Origin: Stegostoma tigrinum
Lineage: Eukaryota
Assembly: GCF_030684315.1 (NCBI RefSeq)
Contig: NC_081396.1
Coordinates: 4,154,001-4,218,000 of the forward strand
Direction: 5' to 3'
DNA length: 64,000 nucleotides
Positions 52,340-64,000 of the stretch are shown here, one piece after another (position 1 is the first letter of the stretch; each line of letters begins with the position of its first letter). Under the pieces are notes generated by a model, which was given only the letters and a program-made list of their open reading frames with translations, did not search any database and was not told where the DNA came from. Made by a program: the position numbers and the translations under genes.

Positions 52340-54845
52340 ACAAGAAAATATCAGTAAATTAAACTGTATTTATTTGAAAGCAAAAGGCCTGACAGGTCAT
52401 GCAGATGAGCTTAGAGCATGGTTGTGAACATGGGATTGGGATATCGTAGTTATTAGAAATATGTGCCTCAGAGATGGACAGGACTGGCAGCTTCATATTC
52501 GAAGGATATGGCTTTAAGAAGGACAGAAAGGGAAGCAAGCGTGTAGGTGGAGTGGAGGTTTTGGTTTTGGAGAACAATACAGCTGTACAAATTGAAGATA
52601 TTGCTGGGAGACAATCCAGTGAAGTAATGTGTGTCGAATTTCAAAACGCAAGAAGGATGTGCTCCTGAGATGCTGCTGGGCCTGCTGTGTTCATCCAGCC
52701 TCAGATTTTATTATCAAATATGATCACCTGGTTGGGTTTTTATTATAGCCCCCCAACAGGTTGCGGGAAAATGAGCAAAAATATTTCACAGAATCTCAAA
52801 TATCTGTGACAGAAGTAGTATAATCGTACAGGGTTTTAACTTTCCAAACTCAGAATGTGGTTGGCACACACTTGAGAGCTTGGATGAGGAGGAGGTTGGA
52901 AATTGTTACAAGAAGACTTTCTTATTCAATATTTGGCTGTAACTACGAGAGAAGGAATTTTGTTTGATGTTCTGTTTGCAAGTAACGACAGGCAAGTAAC
53001 TGAGTTCTTTGTGGAGGTTTACTGTGGGACAAGTGGGCATGATTCTAATTGTTTTGAAATAGTTAGCATAAATGATAGAACTGTTCAAAACGTAAAGTTC
53101 TCAACTGGAGGGAGGCCAATTTTGATGGCATGGGACAACAGCTTTGAAAAATTGATTGAGAGAAGCTTTTCATACTTAAAGTAACAATTGTGAGTGGGGG
53201 GCCTTTAGGAATGTGATAACTAGTTTTCCGATTCGGTAAGTTCTTATTTGTGGAAAGGCCAAGTCTGTTATGGGTAAGGGTGCAGAGAGTAGTTGATGAC
53301 CAGAGAAATATAGGGTCTGGTCAACTAAAAGAAGACAATTTGAGATATGACCAACTAGGATCAAATGTATATCGACAAGAGCATTATGAACGTCGATGTA
53401 TACTGGGTGGCCTCTGGGGAGTGCAAAAGGAGACTTGAGATAGTTTGGCGAATGAAGTTAAGGAGAATAGAAAGAGATTATGTGATTACATTAATGACAA
53501 AACAGCGACTAGGAAGAAAGGAGGGAACCTTGAAGATCAACTTGCCATCTGTGTGTTGAACTATCGGAGATGGGCGTGGTTCCAAATGAATATTCTGTGT
53601 CGGGATTTACTGTGGACCCGCTCGTGGAAACGAGGGAGCTTGGGGAAATTAATTGTGATGTCTTGAAAAGAGTTCTTATCACAGAAGAGGGGGTGCTGCT
53701 GTTCTGAAACATGAAAAAATGCCAATAACTCATCAGGAAATGATAAGATGTTCCCTACTACTTCATGGGAACCTGGGGAAGAGATTTCTAGGCCGCTATG
53801 GAGATACTTGTACCATCTTTAGCCACAGTGAGGGGCAGGAAGCCTGGAGGTTGGCTCATGTGGTGCGATTATTGAAAAAGGAAAGGCTCGTTTGAAAAGC
53901 CTGGGAGCTATCAGCTAGTGAGCATCATGATAGTGATGGATGTTTCTTTTGGATTCTGAGGAAGAGGATTTACATGCATCTGGAAAAGCAGGAACTGACT
54001 CCAGATCGTCAGCATGACATTTGCGTGGAAAATTTTGCCTCACAATAGTGATTCAGTTTATTGAGGAAATTACCAAAAAACATTGATGGGGCAGAGCAGT
54101 AGATGTTGTTTACTTGGAATTTCATAAAGACGTTGACACGTTTCTGGTTGGTCGTTGTATTAATATTGATATGGATTCGGTATCCGCTTGCCATTTAGAT
54201 TCAAAGTTGGCTTAAAGACAAGAGACAAAGATGGTAGCAAGGGTTTTTTTTTGGACATCTGTTACCAGTGATGCCTCACGTGGATCACCGCTGGGTCTGC
54301 TTTGTTTCGTCATTTATTTCGAAGACTTCCATGAGAATACAGAAGGCATAATTAGTCTGTTTAAGGATGACACCGAAATTGATGGTATAGTCAACAATGA
54401 AGAAATTTATTCAAGATTATAAAAAAAAAGTCTTGATTGATTGGGTCAGTGGGCTGTGGAGTAGCAGATGGACTTTAAATAGATAAATGTGAGGTCTTGT
54501 GTTTTTGGTAAAACAACGAAGCATAGGACTTTTGCAGCGAAACTTGGTTGTTGTTTAGCTTTTTAGAACAGAGCGACCTTTTCTGTTACGTTTGTTTCAC
54601 ATTTTGAAAGAATGGTTAAGGAGGCGTTTAGCATGCATGCCTTCACTTCTCAGACTGCTGAGTATTGGAGTTGCAAAGACATATTGAATTTTTATGGAAG
54701 TTTGATCAGGCCTATTCTGCAGGATTGTATCCTGTTCTGGTTGCTGTATTTTACGAAGGATTATCAAGCTGGGGAGGGTGCAGAAATGAGTTATCAGGGT
54801 GCTATGGGACTGCAAGTGTGGAGTTATAGGAGAGGTTAGATAAAG
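52340..54845 (+). mobile_element. Degraded CR1 ORF2 (APE-RT) with a small Penelope 3' fragment inserted at ~52659-52715
   Basis: GYGFKKDRKGSKRVGGV; FLIQY…TREGILFD; SVTSD…GSPLGLLCFVIY…DDTEI. Confidence 0.85.
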
Positions 54846-54849
54846 TCAT

Positions 54850-56670
54850 ACAGTGACAGGCATGAACAACACGGAAACAATTTGTCTGTTCTAACGAAAT
54901 GTTGTAAATTAATCTAATCTCATGCTAACATTTGGCCTACACCCCTCAAAACCCTTCCTATTATATACCCATCCAGATGCATTTTAAATGTTTTAATTAT
55001 ACCAGTTTTCATCACTTCTGCTCGCAGTTCATTCTGTTCATGCACTACCCTCTACCAGAAAGAGCTCCCCCCTTGTTCTCTCACAAATCCTTGCGCTCAG
55101 AGTTCAAACTTATATCCTTTGGTTGTTGATACTCTTACACCAGGGAAAAGACTATGGTTAATCACCATACCCAAATCCCTCATGATTTAATTAAATTTCT
55201 ATAAGTTCACCCAACAGCCTTCGATGCTCTTTCGAAGATAATCCCAGCCCATTTAGCCTCTCCCTCTGGCTGAAACACTCCACACTTGACAACATGCTAG
55301 TGAAACTTCTCTGAAACATGCCACGTTCAATGACATCTTTCTGATAACTGAGAGAACAGAATTGATCACAGTATTCCAAAAAAAATAGCCCGTACATGCA
55401 CAAAATTTCCACCACATTCACATGCTCAGTGCATTGATCAATGAAGGCAAGCGTGTCAAACGCCATCTACAGGAAATAATGTACCGGCAATGCCACGTTT
55501 AAGGAACTATGAACCTGCACTCCAAGGTCTCTTTGTATGGCAATATTCCCCAGGAGCTTATCATTAAAGGTATGAATCCTGTCTAGATTGGCCTTATCAA
55601 AATATAGAAACACACATTGATCTAAGTTTCCTCCACCTGCCAATCATCAGCATGTCAGTCGATTTGATCAAGGTTCAAATTTACTCTGAGGTAACCTTCT
55701 TGATCGTCTACGACACCACCAATTCTGGTTTCTCTTGCAAACACACCCACCAGAACTCTTATATTCACTTCAGTTCATTTCCAAAACAAAAAAAAAATCA
55801 CTGGATCCAGCACCAATACTTTTGGCACACCACTGATCATACTCCTCCCTCTGGCAAGCAGCAATCCACAAACATCCTCTGTCTCCTACCTTCGAGTTAG
55901 TTCTGTGTTAAAATGGCGAGCTTTCCGTATATTTCATGAGATCTAATTTTGTTACCCAGTTTACTACGTTGAACCTTGTCGAATGCCTGAGTAGATTCTG
56001 TGTAGACCAGGCCTCTTGCTCATCAATTCTCTCCATCTCTTCTTCAGAAACTCGATCAAGCTCGTGAGACTCTATTTCACACGTACAAAACCATGTCACT
56101 TTCCATGATCAGTCCTTGCCTTTCGAATACATGCAAATTATCTCCTTCAAAGATCCCCTCCAACATTTTGCCCACCATTGATCTGAAACTCACTAGTGCC
56201 CTGGCGTTTCCTTCCGACCCTTCTTAAACAAAGGCACCAGTTTCGCCAACCTCCTGTCTCCAGGCACCTCATCTGTGTTTGTTGACGTTACAAGTGTTAC
56301 AGCAAGGGGCCCATGAAACATTTCTGCACCTCCCCATAAATTTCTAAGGTACAGCCGATCCAGCCCCAGTGCTTTAACAAACGTTTTGCTTTTTTAAGAC
56401 GTCCATTACCCCCTGCTCTATGATATGGACATTATCCAATATCTCATTGTTTATTTCCACAAGTCCTCCATCTTGTATAGTGTTCTTCAAGTAAATAATG
56501 ACGAAACATGTTTGTTTATTGTCTGACCCATCAGCTGTTGTTCCACACATAGGTGGCCTTGCTGATCTTTAAGGGGTCCTGTTATCTCCCCAGTTAATTT
56601 GTTGTCCTGAAAGAATTTGAAGAATCACTCTGTAATCTCTTTAACAAAGTTTGCAAAATTATATTATGTC
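54850..56670 (-). mobile_element. Degraded CR1 LINE
   Basis: ORF AFDTLAFI…LEYCDQFCS…RRLLGELIE. Confidence 0.8.
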
Positions 56671-57490
56671 CTGGTTCTGAAGAGGTTGATATAGGGAAGG
56701 GTTGAACAGACATAAGCTTTTATCCCTCCAGGGTGAGGATTGTGAGGTGATCTTTTCGAACTTTTCAACATCATTATGTGTTTTAATAAGGCGAGTAGTA
56801 GTTGCATTTTGCCGATGACAATTGTGTTTCAAGACTAAGTTGAACATATTTAAAGTTGGAGGACTAAGATTTAGAAATGACACGGAGGCTTTTTTTTTAC
56901 GCAGAGAGCGGTTCGTTTATGGAATGAACTTCCAGAGAAAAGGATTGACACGAGTGCAGTGACAACATTTAGAAACATTTGGGTGATAACGTGAGCAAGA
57001 AATGTTTTTAGGGATATTGGCCAAGTGTGTGTTTGTATTTAGATTGCGAGTATGGCCATCATGGACTAATTGGCCTATCAAATCATTTTCTGTGCTGTCA
57101 GGTGAAGAAGACATTTGGCATATTTGGCTTCATTGGCCACAACATTGAGTGTAGAAGTTGTGATGTCATGTTGTGGCTCTGGAGGACTTTCATGAGGCCA
57201 CTTTTGGAATACTGCACACAATGTTGGTCGTCCTCCTGTCAGAAGAACTGTTCACATCTTGAGACAGTGAAAGGAAAATTCACAAGGATGGTGTTGCAAA
57301 TGGAGTGCTATAGCTTTCGGCAGGGGCAGCATAGGCTTTTCCCTGCAGCATCGGAGGGTGTTAGGTGAACTTACTGAGATTTATAAAAGCATGAGGGACT
57401 TTGATCGTTTGAATATCCAAGATTTTATTTTGGCGAGTATAAGTTCAAAACCAGAGATCATAGGATGAAGATGAAAGAGGAAATATTTAC
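56671..57490 (+). mobile_element. Tandem CR1 3' fragments
   Basis: VKKTFGIFGFIGHNIECRSCDVML…RPLLEYCTQCWS. Confidence 0.8.
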
Positions 57491-57496
57491 AAATAG

Positions 57497-59015
57497 AAGA
57501 GGGACTGTTCCATGTAACCTACAAAGAAGCAGGCATAGTTAGGGCCCTTGCGAGTGCCCATGGCCACCCCCTTTGTCTGTAAGAATTTCAAGCCTACCGA
57601 CTCCCACAGCTATCTAGAATATCCATTTTAAGCCCACCGACTCCCACAGCTACCTAAAATATTCATTTCAAGCCCAACGACTCCCACAGCTACCTAGGAT
57701 ATCCATTTCAAGCCCACCGACTACCGCAGCTACCTAGAAAACACCTCCTCCCACCCACCGTCCTGCAAAAATTTCATCCCCATTCCCAATTCCTCCGCCT
57801 CTGCCGCATCTGCTTCCACAATGAGGCATTCCACTCCCGCACATCCCAGATGTCCAAGTTCTTCAAGTACCGCAAATCTCCCCCCACAGTGGTCGAGAAC
57901 GCCCTTGAACGCGTCTCCCACATTTCCCGCAACACATTCCTCACACCCCGCCCCCGCCACTTCCGCCCAAAGATGATCCCCCTCGTTCTCACACACCACC
58001 CCACCAACCTCCGGATACAACGCATCATCCTCCAACACTTCCGCCATCTACAATCCGACCCTACCACCCAAGACATTGTTCCATCCCCACCCTTCTCTGC
58101 TTTCCGGAGAGACCACTGTCTCCGTGGCTCCCTTGTTCGCGCCACTCTGCCCTCCAACCCCACCACACCCGGCATCTTCCCCTGCAACCGCAGGAAATGC
58201 TACATTTGCCCCCATACCTCCTCCCACACCCCCATTCCGGGCGCCAAGATGACTTTCCATACTAATGTGGTATACTACATCCATTGTACCCGGTGTGGCT
58301 ACCTCTACATTGGGGAAACCAAGCGGAGGCTTGGTGAACGCATGCAGAACACCTCCGCTCGGTTCGCAATAAACAACTGCACCTCCCAGTCGCAAACCAT
58401 TTCCACACCCTCTCCCATTCTTTAGATGACATGTCCATCATGGGCCTCCTGCAGTGCCACAATGATGCCACCTGAAGGTTGCAGGAACAGCAACTCATAT
58501 TCTGCTTGGGAACCCTGCAGCCCAATGGTATCAATGTGGACTTCACCAGCTTCAAAATCTCCCCTTCCCCCACCGCATCCCAAAACCAGCCCAGTTCATC
58601 CCCTCCCTCCACTGCACCACACAACTAGCCCAGCTCTTCCCCTCCACCCACTGCATCCCAAAACCAGTCCAACCTGTCTCTCCTTCCCTAGCCTGTTCTT
58701 CCTCTCACCCATCCCTTCCTCCCACCACAAGCCACACCTCCATCTCCTACCTACTAACTTCATCCCACCTCCTTGACCTGTCCGTCTTCCCTGGACACAC
58801 CTATCCCCTCCCTATCTCCCCACCTATACTCTCCTCTCCACCTATCTTATTTTCTCTCCATCTTCAGTCCGCCTCCCCCTCTCTCCCTATTTATTCCAGA
58901 ACCCTCACCCCATCCCCCTCTCTGATGAAGCTTCTCGGCCCGAAACTTCAGCTTTTGTACTCCTGAGATGCTGCTGGGCCTGCTGTGTTCATCCAGCCTC
59001 ACATTTTATTATCTT
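57497..59015 (+). mobile_element. Penelope-like retroelement (RT C-terminus, GIY-YIG endonuclease, terminal repeat) with 5' inversion
   Basis: ORF 57850-58425 has NVVYYIHCTRCGYLYIGETKRRLGER. 57497-57584 on − reads QTKGVAMGTRKGPNYACFFVGYMEQ (PLE RT motif). Confidence 0.93.
57585..57744 (+). repeat. 4 x 40-bp tandem repeat
   Basis: Unit ATTTCAAGCCCACCGACTCCCACAGCTACCTAGAATATCC (encodes the PLE motif KPTDSHSYL). Confidence 0.95.
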
Positions 59016-59644
59016 GGCTCTAAGGTGGTCACTTTAGAATTATTAAATACCTCTTTCGTATTTACCCTGAGTTTCAAGTTTTACAAAACAACCCAGGGCC
59101 TTCACATTCTCTTCCTTGTGAAAAAGGCCATCATAACGCCACCTATTGATCTCCTCTCTGCATCTATGGTGTGATTGCATTCTTTCTGTCGTGCAATAAT
59201 TGTACCTATCTACATTTACTATTGTTGAATATTTGTCAAACAAATCAATATAAACAGGGAAGGTTAAATACAGATCAAAATCTCATAAACTACCATATCA
59301 CACACAGTATTGACATTCAGGTGTGGAATGTGCACATATTATACATATCACGTGTTATGTAGCTCTACACACGCACAAGACAGAAATCTATAATGCAAGA
59401 GGTTGATGTGGGAATTTGTCCCTGCTGATTCAGATATCAAACATTGCAAAATCATGAAGACAATGGTAGGAGTTGAAAACTTCTTTCCACTATCATATCA
59501 GATCCTGTCAATGGTTGCACAGATCACAGTATGTTCAAAATAAGTAACCCTCTGCATTGTTCAAACTAACATGATCATGTCGAATACAAATTGATTTATA
59601 TGCAGGGTAGAACTGCTTCCAACATTCCGTTTAAAACAAAGTCT

Positions 59645-60255
59645 CCAGGCACGTTTGAGGCTGGCCGTCTCCCCTGACTGGTTTGTTGTTGCGCAGATAT
59701 TTCGTTATCAAGCTTGGTCACGTCCTCAGTGCAGCCTCTGATGAAGTGTTGGTGTGTTTTGCCACCTGGCTTTTAAACTCAGGGGTCCGTTGTGTTGGAT
59801 TGCTACACTTGCAGATTTGTGGAATGTATATGGGGTCGAGTTCAATATTTTTATGAATAGTCTGCTTGATCGAAGGCCTCATCTCAATCCATATGGACAA
59901 GGAGAATAACGATGTCAACTCGGGCAACACCAAGATCCTTGGAAAGGCTTGGTAGAGACAAGCACGAGAATTCCTGGAAGTATGGCACGATATGAAACAG
60001 GCTATGAAATGAAAACTCATTGAATTCGACCCCATATACATTCCACTACTGACGAAACCCGAAGTGGGGTAATCCATTGCATGGGACCCAAGTGTTTAAA
60101 AACCAGGCGGGAAAACACAACGACACTTCATCAGAGGCTGCACTGTGTATTTAACCAAGTATGGTAACGAAACGACTGCAAAACAACAAAACAGCTCAGC
60201 AAGCCAACCAACCTCAACACACACAACCCGAGACACAAATCTGCTTCAAACCTTT
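59645..60255. mobile_element. Older Penelope-like inverted pair
   Basis: − arm ~59645-59880 and + arm ~59880-60255 (AREFLEVWH motif), with degenerate hammerhead ends. Confidence 0.75.
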
Positions 60256-61659
60256 GGAGTCTCCTCGGAGATAAAAAAAAAACACATTCTCGACACAGAG
60301 GAAATCACACCCTTCAATTTAAGTTTCAACATTCCATAAGATATGCAAGAAAGATTAATTGCAATCTTAATATGTATTGCTCTGAGACATCAAACATTCT
60401 CTAGCCATGATAAATTCTGTTGAGATACAGTGAAAAGCCATTTCTGCACAATCACAGTAAATCCTCACAGCCTCAATACATGATCGATGAGATCCAGTTC
60501 AATGACTCCTCCATTGGTTCCTCTCAATCACTCCCAGATTGCTGGAGACTCAAAGAGAAACCTTTGATCGAGTGATTCAAATATCTCAAGAAAGAAAGAC
60601 GTCAGTTTGACTGAGAGCATATGTTAGTCATGTCTTGAATTTTTGTTATGGAGGATATCAAATTCTGATGGTAGAAAGACGAAACATGTCATCACTTTAT
60701 ATTTTAAAAATGTAGGCGTGAAAACCAGAGGGGAAGAAAGAAAAAGAGAAAGATGAAGACAGATACAGAACACATTGGCTGTGGCAACATATCTTGCAAT
60801 TCGACGTGCATATTTTTGCTAAACGTGAAAATAGTCATCACTCTGATTGTGCGCTCATTAAAAAAAAGGTTTTAAAACGCATTCACAAGAATTAGTGCTT
60901 GAAACGTGTGTTGTTTGTGGGAAAAGATACACTGTGTTTTTGTTGTTCCATAATCTATTCTGAGAGTTCCAAATCTGTTTATTTACATAAACGCTTCATT
61001 GGTTTCAAAGACGAATTGATGTGAAAGACAGATGGTCGAGGCTAGTATTTATTAGTTTAAAATCAAAGCAGATTTATTTTAAGAATGTTGGCAGCTATCA
61101 GAGATGAACACAAATATCTTGACATTCATTGAAACTGATGTTATTTATATCCAAAAGATAATTTTAGAAGTTATATTTAGGTTCAGGATTTAGTAATGGA
61201 AGTCTGCAGCCACAGCCAGTGAAACGTTTCCGTATAACTGTATTTACTTGAACATCCTGTTCATGGTCCTTTCATATGTTTTGACCACGACGTATCCAAG
61301 AACACAATAGAGCTCAAACTTTGTTTCAGAATTTTTATTTGTGGAAGGTTGAAACGACATTATGAGCTGGCACAGCAAGCTAAATTAATTTATATTGTGA
61401 ACTGAGTTTTAGTCACGCTCACATTTTATTTTATTGTTTTTATAGAATATTGATGTTACTGCCTCAGCAAACTTTTGTCATTATCCCAATCGCCCATTCA
61501 GCAGTTTGTCACTGCGGCTCCAGAAGGCAGTCAATTAAATTGCTCTGTGTCTGGAGACAACGAAAGCCAGATCAAGTACAGCCCGCAGATTTCACATTCA
61601 GTGGATATGAGCAAGACATGTGTTCTTGTTTTTTTGATTGACATGGAATTACAACTCCG

Positions 61660-63062
61660 CCAAATAAAACCGGAAAGACTGCAAATGCTGTAAATCAGGA
61701 ACAAAAGCAAAGTTGCTGGAAATTTTTACAAAATGCAGAGGAATGGGATTGTTGTGCAAAATGCAGAGGAATGAGACTGTGGGAGATATAGCAGTTTGGA
61801 TCGGAAATTGTCTTGCTGAAAGAAGACAGAGGGTGGTAGTTGATGGGAAATGTTCATCCTGGAGACCAATTACTAGTGGTGTACCACAAGGGTCGGTGTT
61901 GGGTCCACTGCTGTTTGTCATTTTTATAAATGACCTGGATGAGGGCGTAGAAGAATGGGTTTGTAAATTTGCAGATGACACTAAGGTCGGTGGAGTTGTG
62001 GATAGTGCCGAGGGATGCTACAGGTTGCAGAGAGACATAGGTGAGCTGCTGAGCTGGGCTGAGAGGTGGCAAATGGAGTTTAATGCAGACAAGTGTGAGG
62101 TGATGCACTTTGGTAGGAGCAGCCAGAAGGCAAAGTACAGGGCTAATGGTAAGATTCTTAGTAGCGTAGATGAGCAGAGAGATCTCTGTGTCCATGTACA
62201 CAGATCCTTGAAAGTTGCCACCCAGGTTGACAGGGCTGTTAAGAAGGCATACAGTGTTTTAGCTTATGTTAATAGAGGGATGGAGTTCTGGAACCAAGAA
62301 GTTATGGTGAAGCTGTACAAAACTCTGGTGCGGCCGCATTTGGAGTATTGTGTACAGTTCTGGTCACCGCATTATAAGAAGGATGTGGAAGCTTTGGAAA
62401 GGGTGCAGAGGAGATTTACTAGGATGTTGCCTGGTATGGAGGGAAGGTCTTACGAGGAAAGGCTGAGGGACGTGAGGCTGTTTTCATTAGAGAGAAGAAG
62501 GTTGAGAGGTGACTTAATTGAAACATATAAAATAATCATAGGGTTAGATAGGGTGGATAAGGAGAGCTTTTTTCCTAGGATGGTGAGGGCGAGCACGAGG
62601 GGGCATAGCTTTAAATTGAAGGGTGAACGATATAGGATAGATGTCAGAGGTAGTTTCTTTACTCAGAGAGTTGTAAGGGAATGGAACACTTTGCCTGCAA
62701 CAGCAGTAGTTTCACCAACTTTAGGTACATTGAAGGCGTCATTGGATTAGCATATGGACATACGTGGAATAGTATAGGTTAGATGGGCTTGAGATCGTTA
62801 TGACAGGTCGGCACAACATCGAGGGCCGAAGGGCCTGTACTGTGCTGTAATGTTCTATGTTCTATATTCTATGAAAAGCCCACAGATCAGGCAGCATCTG
62901 TGAAGGGAAAGCAGAGCGTTAATGCTTCGAGTCTTTAGAATTCTTCAGTACTGAGGAAGGGTCGCGGGGCCAGAAACGTTAGCTCTGTTTATTTATTTAG
63001 TTCTTTCCCCCTTCACAGATGCTGTCTGACCTGCTCGGCTTTTCCAGCAATTTTGTTTTTCG
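61660..63062. mobile_element. Palindromic Penelope-derived element split by a CR1 insertion
   Basis: Left piece ends …GTTGCTGGAAA (~61722). It resumes as GAAAAGCCCACAGATCAGGCAGCATCTGTG (~62873), and the inverted arm runs to ~63062. Confidence 0.7.
61723..62872 (+). mobile_element. Young 5'-truncated CR1 LINE with uninterrupted RT C-terminal ORF
   Basis: 345-aa ORF 61713-62750: SGVPQGSVLGPLLFVIFIND…KFADDTK…RPHLEYCVQFWSP…FFTQRVVREWN. (TTCTATG)n tail. Confidence 0.96.
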
Positions 63063-63371
63063 AATTCCGACTCCTGTCCCCTAACAATTAAACTGGAGTT
63101 TAGAAGCACTGGTCCAGTGGTATTTCCACTGCCAAACTGAAGCTGTCAATGCAGTCAGCATGTAGAGAAAGCTGCCACAAGTTGAAGTGCAATAAAAGTG
63201 TCACTTTAAGCCAGGAATAAAATTTCGAATCGATGACTGATGAAAATTCTCTTGATGTTTGCAAGAATATCACGGAGACTTTTCATCCATTCACTGGTCT
63301 AAAATCTATACCTGATTCTCTCTCTGCAGAACCTCACTCGCCAACTCATGTTTCCAGCGTTTAACAAAGAA

Positions 63372-63630
63372 TAATAGAATCCCCACAGTCTGGAAACAGT
63401 CCATTCATCCAACAGGTCCATACCGATCCTTAGCGCATCCCTTTTAGACCCATCCCCAGTAACCCACCCATTCTACTCATACCTGAACACCTACAGGCAA
63501 ATGAGCATGACCAATTCACCAAGCGTGCTAATCGTTGGGCTGTGTTAAGAAACCAGATCACCCTGGGAAGACCCACGCAGTCGCGGTGAGGGTGGAATCA
63601 AACCTGCCAGCACTGCTCATCACTGAGAAA
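63372..63630 (-). mobile_element. HE1/V-SINE-type SINE
   Basis: Same architecture as 41375-41680; absent from the paralogous block at ~19770. Confidence 0.7.
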
Positions 63631-64000
63631 CCATCTATTCTGGTATTCTCTCACATTTCTTTTCCCCAACACACTTCTCACTTTTAGTATAATTCGTTGA
63701 AATTTGAAAAACTTTCGCTTCATATCCAACAATGTGATCGTCACTGACCGTTTTGAAATGCTGCTGACCTGCATGGTTTACCTTTCTAAAGAAGGTTTAA
63801 TACAAATGATGGGTTTCTCAGTCAGGTTCAGGACAGGAAAGCAACAGTTGGCGTATTGTGGAACAGGTTCGGCATGCCAGGTCTTAAGGACAGGTCTCCT
63901 CCTCTGAAGGATAACACTGAATCATGTAGGTTCTTCAAATCTTCAGAAAGACTTTGATTATTGGTAATTAGGGTAGCATTTCATTTTAGATTATTTGAGC

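Noticed and set aside
57585-57744. Regular short repeats suggesting a CRISPR array
   Set aside because: Head-to-tail 40-bp units with no unique spacers, derived from Penelope coding sequence, in vertebrate DNA.
57730-58776. Multiple long overlapping ORFs on both strands
   Set aside because: Shadow frames of the C-rich Penelope ORF.

Overview
This is eukaryotic, AT-rich, repeat-dense DNA, almost certainly from a cartilaginous fish. A carpet shark is likely, inferred from the IgM VH sequence and the CR1, Penelope and HE1-SINE families. I found no intact host protein-coding gene. The clearest feature is a shark IgM-type VH gene at 39977-40492 (leader exon, intron, V exon, 23-bp-spacer RSS). It is a pseudogene and has no recognisable D or J RSSs beside it. 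Also present are two decayed C2H2 zinc-finger arrays, several weak remnants of Ig-superfamily exons (including a possible leader-V-V-TM receptor at 31.5-34.9 kb), many CR1 LINE fragments, fold-back Penelope-like elements with minimal hammerhead ribozyme motifs, tRNA-derived SINEs, a 542-bp solo LTR with a target-site duplication (TSD), and a recent inverted duplication with 479-bp arms. Both ends of the window are old paralogous blocks, one direct and one inverted. There is a 142-N assembly gap. Identities were estimated by eye, TE boundaries are approximate, and no database searches were run.
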